64,000 nt of DNA from IMG/VR virus record IMGVR_UViG_3300008110_000030, positions 34,707 to 98,706 of that record; one strand, written 5' to 3'. Numbering within the stretch: position 1 is the first letter of the stretch; each line of letters opens with the position of its first letter. Below the pieces are notes generated by a model. That model worked only from the letters and a program-made list of their open reading frames with translations. It was not told the origin of the DNA and ran no database searches. Source of the stretch: a virus. Position numbers and translations under genes: made by a program. Below, piece by piece: positions 60,601-64,000 of this stretch.

Positions 60601-61938
60601 AAGATCACAGTTAATTTAAAAACATTAGATAATCTTCCTACAGATATTTCAATTGGTCTTAGTGGTGATATTATTGGTAAGATTACTCCAACTACTGGAA
60701 ACACATTTAAAGGTTATTACAGTCCTAATGTGTTGTACGTGGCTAACGATGTAGTCACTTTTAATAATTCTTTATATATTTGTATAAATCAATACAGATC
60801 TACTGGCAATTGGTATCAAGAATTAACTAATTGGAACAGTTTTGCTTATAGCAAACGTGTTGCTACAACTATTGACGTTAACAGTTATGGTGTGGCAAAA
60901 TTTAGTATTCATGGTATAAATGATGATGGTACTTCTATAGACAAACTTCTAAGATTTAGAATTAGAGCTAGAGATACACAAAATGTTAGTTCTTTAGAAA
61001 AAGATTTTACTATTAATTATGAAAGCAGTACTACAACATCATTAACTAACATATACCTACAACCATTTTTAGGAAAAGAAAGTAGAGATAGATATTTTAA
61101 TTTTATCACCAATACTGACATTTTCTTATCTGATAGTTTATATAGATCAGAAGATCCAAACTTTGGAATTCAACGTGTTCCTAAAATGCTTCTTCTTGGC
61201 GGTATTGAAAATACTAAATCTGATAATTACGTCAGTGCTGTTCAAAGAAACTATTATGACAGACCGTTATACTTTGGTGACATAAAAGTTGCCATTGCAA
61301 AAAACGAAGACAATTTAGAGTATGAAGTTATATACGTAGAAATCAACGATCCATATGAAATCAATAATGTAAGTGTGTCTGACAAAATTAAACTGTCATT
61401 TGATTATGATCCGCTTACTGTTGATTACAGCAAAATTAGAGTTGACGATACTGGTATAGTTGCAACTGATACAGGATTGGATACTATATACCCAAGTAGT
61501 ATTACGCTCATGCAAGATGCGTTGAAAAATGTCATGCTTGAAAAATCTGACAGTGTTTTAGTAACTCCAACTTATGAAGATTGGGGTGGTATCATAGGTT
61601 CAAGTTCTGATCTTGAAGATTGGGGATTAGTTGCTGAAAGAGTTTCATTAGTTGATGATTTCTTACTTGCTAGAAATAAAATAGGATTTGACGTTAAATA
61701 TCGTCCACTATGGATGAATACTAGTCAAGATGGTACAGGAAATCCAGTTGGATTTGTCAAAGCAATACCAATTTGCTATGTCAAACCTGGAGAAAGTGCA
61801 AAAATACTGCGACTAATTGAAAGAAGTAAGTTTGATTTTAAAACGTTGAACTTCAAAATTGACAGGATAGTAATTCAAAATCCTCTAGGTGAAACTGGGG
61901 ATAAATATATAAAGTTTATTAACAGGGAAATTATATGA
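57697..61938 (+). CDS. large virion structural protein (1413 aa)
   Basis: starts 4 nt after previous stop; shares GxGYxxAPT repeat array with the 2843-aa protein. Confidence 0.75.
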   Translation: MTVKPIWITSSGSLGSFEQSQSITPIVLEVANANEVKIISKTLPNGLKLDSITKTITGVPLDSGITKTYDFVVRASIVDVDGKVYIQDRTFNITIISNAQPRLLTLPGTISVGLNRENFVLNKSIVNFQFDAVASSVPPGQKLKFYLEENKGELPPGLKLSEEGLLYGTIDDDLELDFKVVQGTYDRDFYDINPYDYGTPIEPARGTTTVANGKIQSVSVTYGGNGYLLDPKIIVGGSVDFSSIVITDGGSGYTSAPTVVFSNSLTIGGITATGYAEISNGAVTNIVITNPGTGYDVAPTIIFKDQNTGSGASATCQLQLGLDGALISRVTNGTVVDIDIANPGSGYQTAPAISFGAPTAGSRIISKTYKFSLTVANGELTDTKIYTIFVKSENSLRVDTTFIFSDTVDFDTSRTYIQPPIWITPNTLPIVKGNNNYIYDLEIFDPTPTVGKLYFGLLDFNFDGTPSEFGPRNNERNQIAHSITNIDLDSPVLLTVAQRHTFNDSDRVRISNVGGTTELNDDVYYVKVINETQVALYSDVVLVNPIVGTFFNAYTSGGTINPEENYLKLDPVGGEINGFIPYQPSVTKTYTFTVQIQRILDDVEVANAFKQFQLTVEGNIQGDINFITPTLVGNLRPNEQSLLKIEAESTLPSASVVYDLVPGYGKTSRVNYTELNISEYRGNILIENYGINPILILEKGQSYKINVDLDNFTVGFKNIDGTYYNSGLRHSTGVVGQAAQEKSNGYYIFIPPFNETSKIELVYTNTKKDGLFLALKKFNADTKEWDRQIINSYFTEYDAYTNLTRQINAGQDAFAVILDYTKIQFGIEKYNAGTLTWDLVNITTVKPSNPTGSSYWLDLSESSFGVLEFRYFGLQGRWVPVVMSVVTTMPNNSEGVNGNYKVLNDVGTYKVLRKINGVWKIVQRLSIDVKTAFDPNVFFKPATAIVPVTNLQYDVWFKYNALYNGLDQKITVNLKTLDNLPTDISIGLSGDIIGKITPTTGNTFKGYYSPNVLYVANDVVTFNNSLYICINQYRSTGNWYQELTNWNSFAYSKRVATTIDVNSYGVAKFSIHGINDDGTSIDKLLRFRIRARDTQNVSSLEKDFTINYESSTTTSLTNIYLQPFLGKESRDRYFNFITNTDIFLSDSLYRSEDPNFGIQRVPKMLLLGGIENTKSDNYVSAVQRNYYDRPLYFGDIKVAIAKNEDNLEYEVIYVEINDPYEINNVSVSDKIKLSFDYDPLTVDYSKIRVDDTGIVATDTGLDTIYPSSITLMQDALKNVMLEKSDSVLVTPTYEDWGGIIGSSSDLEDWGLVAERVSLVDDFLLARNKIGFDVKYRPLWMNTSQDGTGNPVGFVKAIPICYVKPGESAKILRLIERSKFDFKTLNFKIDRIVIQNPLGETGDKYIKFINREII

Positions 61939-62552
61939 GCTCAAGCGCCATTGTTTACACAACAATTAACGAAAACTTTCCAGCCGCAGGGCAGGATAAT
62001 GATTCACAAGGTTTTAGAGATAACTTTGCCAGAGTCAAAACTGCATTAGGTACAGCACAAAGTGAAATCACTTATCTAAACAATAATGCTGTTGATAAAA
62101 CACAGAATAATGACATGGGTAATAACACCCTAAGCAATGTGATTTTAAAAAATTCTGGTATCGTAAGCAACACAGCACTAACGTCTGCTGCCGCAACCAG
62201 TGTTATTTCTTTTAGTGAGTTTCAATACAGACGATACAGCTTAGGTAATAACACAAACATTTTCCAAATTGACAACTGGCCCGTAGGTTGCTATTCTGAA
62301 ATGTTTATTGAAGTTGTTTCTTCAAGCGGTACCAAACAAATTAGATTCCAAACAGGTGTTATTAATAACAGTTTAGGAACTCCAACTAAGATCATGCATT
62401 TAGGTGCAGGATTTGGGAATAACGAGTATGTAGATTGTACTAGATTAGACGGTTCAAATAGATTACAAACATATCTATTCAAAGTTGCAACACCTGATGG
62501 CGGTGTAAACACTTACGTATCACTAGTTGACATGTTCAAACAGCAGGCTTAA
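61935..62552 (+). CDS. structural-module protein with tail-fibre-like N-terminal motif (205 aa)
   Basis: ATGA overlap; N-terminus AGQDNDSQGFRDNFARVKTAL resembles NDGTGDxxRDAFxKVN motif of upstream genes. Confidence 0.55.
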   Translation: MSSSAIVYTTINENFPAAGQDNDSQGFRDNFARVKTALGTAQSEITYLNNNAVDKTQNNDMGNNTLSNVILKNSGIVSNTALTSAAATSVISFSEFQYRRYSLGNNTNIFQIDNWPVGCYSEMFIEVVSSSGTKQIRFQTGVINNSLGTPTKIMHLGAGFGNNEYVDCTRLDGSNRLQTYLFKVATPDGGVNTYVSLVDMFKQQA

Positions 62553-62785
62553 TGCATCCTTTACAAGTAAACCTTGAAAATCTTACTGACAGTGAGATTG
62601 AAGATAAAATAAAAGAGCTAACCAAAAAGTACTTTGTGGTACTACAGGTTAGCCCTTCAGCGTCAACGCAAGTATTGATGCTGTTAGAAGATTACAAAAG
62701 CGAACAATCAGCAAGAGAACACAAACGACAAAACCACAAAACAGACCTAGGTGATGAATTTGATGGTTTGATCAATATTGGTTGA
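62552..62785 (+). CDS. hypothetical small protein
   Basis: TAATG overlap. Confidence 0.4.
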   Translation: MHPLQVNLENLTDSEIEDKIKELTKKYFVVLQVSPSASTQVLMLLEDYKSEQSAREHKRQNHKTDLGDEFDGLINIG

Positions 62786-62809
62786 CATTTTTGTAAATTC
62801 ATATATAAT
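62782..62809 (+). promoter_or_regulatory. sigma70-type promoter TTGACA-N16-TATAAT; ATG at +7 (leaderless)
   Basis: consensus hexamers at 62782-62787 and 62804-62809. Confidence 0.55.
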
Positions 62810-62815
62810 ACTGTA

Positions 62816-63331
62816 ATGCACAGTAATCAATATGGACAAGTTTTTAGGAATGAGCAGGAAGTTCTAGACTTAATGCTACAAAATCCTAATTTAGATATTT
62901 CCAAAATAAACTTTGAAAGCCTCGATGTCGTTAATCTGTTTAACGAGTCTGCAAATCGCTGTGGCATAAATGTAAACATACAGGCTGGAAAAGAGATTAC
63001 TATTGATTTAATCGAGTTTGATAAACAAAATCAAACTGAGTGGTTTATGCCAGAAGAATACTGTCCAAATCTTTTTGAAATGCTGTTTGCCAAGTGTGAT
63101 AACGATGAGAAAAGAGCAAGGGTAGATAAAGAGCTTGAACTATATATTAAGCATGGCATGGTAGAACTGCTACATTTCATGAAATACCTAGTAGATACAT
63201 TAAGGTCTAATAATGTAGTTTGGGGTGTTGGTAGAGGTTCTAGTGTAGCAAGTTATATACTATATTTGATAGGTGTTCATAAGGTTGACAGCATTAAATA
63301 TAATTTAGATATTAATGAATTTCTAAAATAA
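62816..63331 (+). CDS. hypothetical protein
   Basis: 171 aa ORF starting at predicted TSS. Confidence 0.5.
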   Translation: MHSNQYGQVFRNEQEVLDLMLQNPNLDISKINFESLDVVNLFNESANRCGINVNIQAGKEITIDLIEFDKQNQTEWFMPEEYCPNLFEMLFAKCDNDEKRARVDKELELYIKHGMVELLHFMKYLVDTLRSNNVVWGVGRGSSVASYILYLIGVHKVDSIKYNLDINEFLK

Positions 63332-63352
63332 AATTAAAAAGGAGACACTTTT

Positions 63353-63655
63353 ATGAGTGAACGAAAAATTTATAAAACTATGCAGGGAAAAATGATTGAT
63401 TTTGATGCATTACGTTTAGCAAATGAATTGACCCCAGCTATAGGCAATATGAAAGTCAATGCACGTGGGGATCAAATTGACCCTAATGGTACCATTGTTA
63501 GAACAAGGGACGACATTGTTCAAGAACGAACCATTAAAGAAAATGCTCATATTGAGGAATTTACTGAAGACTTTGGTCCTGAACCAGAAATTACTCCTGA
63601 AGAAGCACAAAAAATATTGTCCAAAAATAAAAAAAATAAACCTCAGGAGCAGTAA
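63353..63655 (+). CDS. hypothetical protein
   Basis: AAAAAGGAGA SD. Confidence 0.45.
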   Translation: MSERKIYKTMQGKMIDFDALRLANELTPAIGNMKVNARGDQIDPNGTIVRTRDDIVQERTIKENAHIEEFTEDFGPEPEITPEEAQKILSKNKKNKPQEQ

Positions 63656-64000
63656 ATGACTGTTAAAGGTAAATTGCGTCCTTTGCATAACAAGGTAATG
63701 GTCACCAATATGAATTTTGGTGAGGGTAAGACTAAAACTGGTATTGTTTTAACTTCTGATGATGGTAAGAGCAGTGGTCTACATCCAAGATGGTGTCAAG
63801 TCAAGTTTGTAGGGGAAGAACAAAAAGATATCAAAGTAGGTCAGTGGCTATTGATGCAACATGGTCGTTGGACACGCGGTATAAAATATGAAGAAGAAGA
63901 TGGCACTGAGATAACTCTACATATGATAGACACGGAAGGCGTCTTAGTAGTGAGCAATGAAGAACCTGAGACTGATGATTATAGAGTCAAAGTTGGGGCA
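63656..64000 (+). CDS. GroES/gp31-like co-chaperonin, 3'-partial (runs off window)
   Basis: GGAG SD; KLRPLHNKVMV resembles GroES IRPLHDRVIV; KTKTGIVL resembles GroES SAGGIVL region. Confidence 0.5.
   Translation, partial: MTVKGKLRPLHNKVMVTNMNFGEGKTKTGIVLTSDDGKSSGLHPRWCQVKFVGEEQKDIKVGQWLLMQHGRWTRGIKYEEEDGTEITLHMIDTEGVLVVSNEEPETDDYRVKVGA

Noticed and set aside
1-64000. Looked for integrase/transposase/IS elements, CRISPR arrays, rRNA
   Set aside because: No ORF with recombinase/transposase motifs, no direct-repeat/spacer arrays, no rRNA-like conserved stretches seen

Overview
AT-rich, densely coded segment (about 38-40% GC by eye, almost all genes on the + strand) that reads as part of a large T4-like virulent phage genome. 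The phage call rests on recognisable rIIA and rIIB proteins, a T4 Pnk-like kinase, three to four tRNA genes with encoded CCA ends, at least nine near-consensus sigma70 promoters (TTGACA-N16/17-TATAAT), several NATAAATA late-promoter-like motifs, and a closing block of four tail-fibre-like structural genes (2843, 1139, 1413 and 205 aa). No integrase, transposase or CRISPR array was seen.

The window is unusually rich in host-like auxiliary genes:
- A proteostasis set: groES, dnaK, ibpA-like sHSP, clpS, clpP and a second GroES/gp31-like gene at the 3' edge.
- Heme oxygenase followed by a ferredoxin-dependent bilin reductase.
- The most striking system: a curli-type amyloid secretion cluster made of a CsgF-like gene, CsgG carrying a C-terminal SH3-like extension, two curlin-repeat proteins and an intervening FecR-domain protein.
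- A CHASE2-sensor class III adenylyl cyclase, a lone antisense TerC gene and an SPFH/band-7 lipoprotein.
- UvdE, QueD and a cytidylyltransferase.
- A split end-healing pair (metallophosphoesterase plus Pnk-like kinase).
- A hybrid Fe-S assembly cassette (sufC, short sufD, sufS, iscU, iscA) in which the SufS-like protein appears to lack the canonical GHHCA catalytic cysteine.

Other notable items are leaderless promoter-ATG arrangements, an identical 19-nt leader before dnaK and the sHSP gene, an aberrant 101-nt tRNA-like element beside two divergent tRNA-Leu(UAA) genes, a minus-strand island of small membrane proteins, and internal duplications in the giant fibre proteins.
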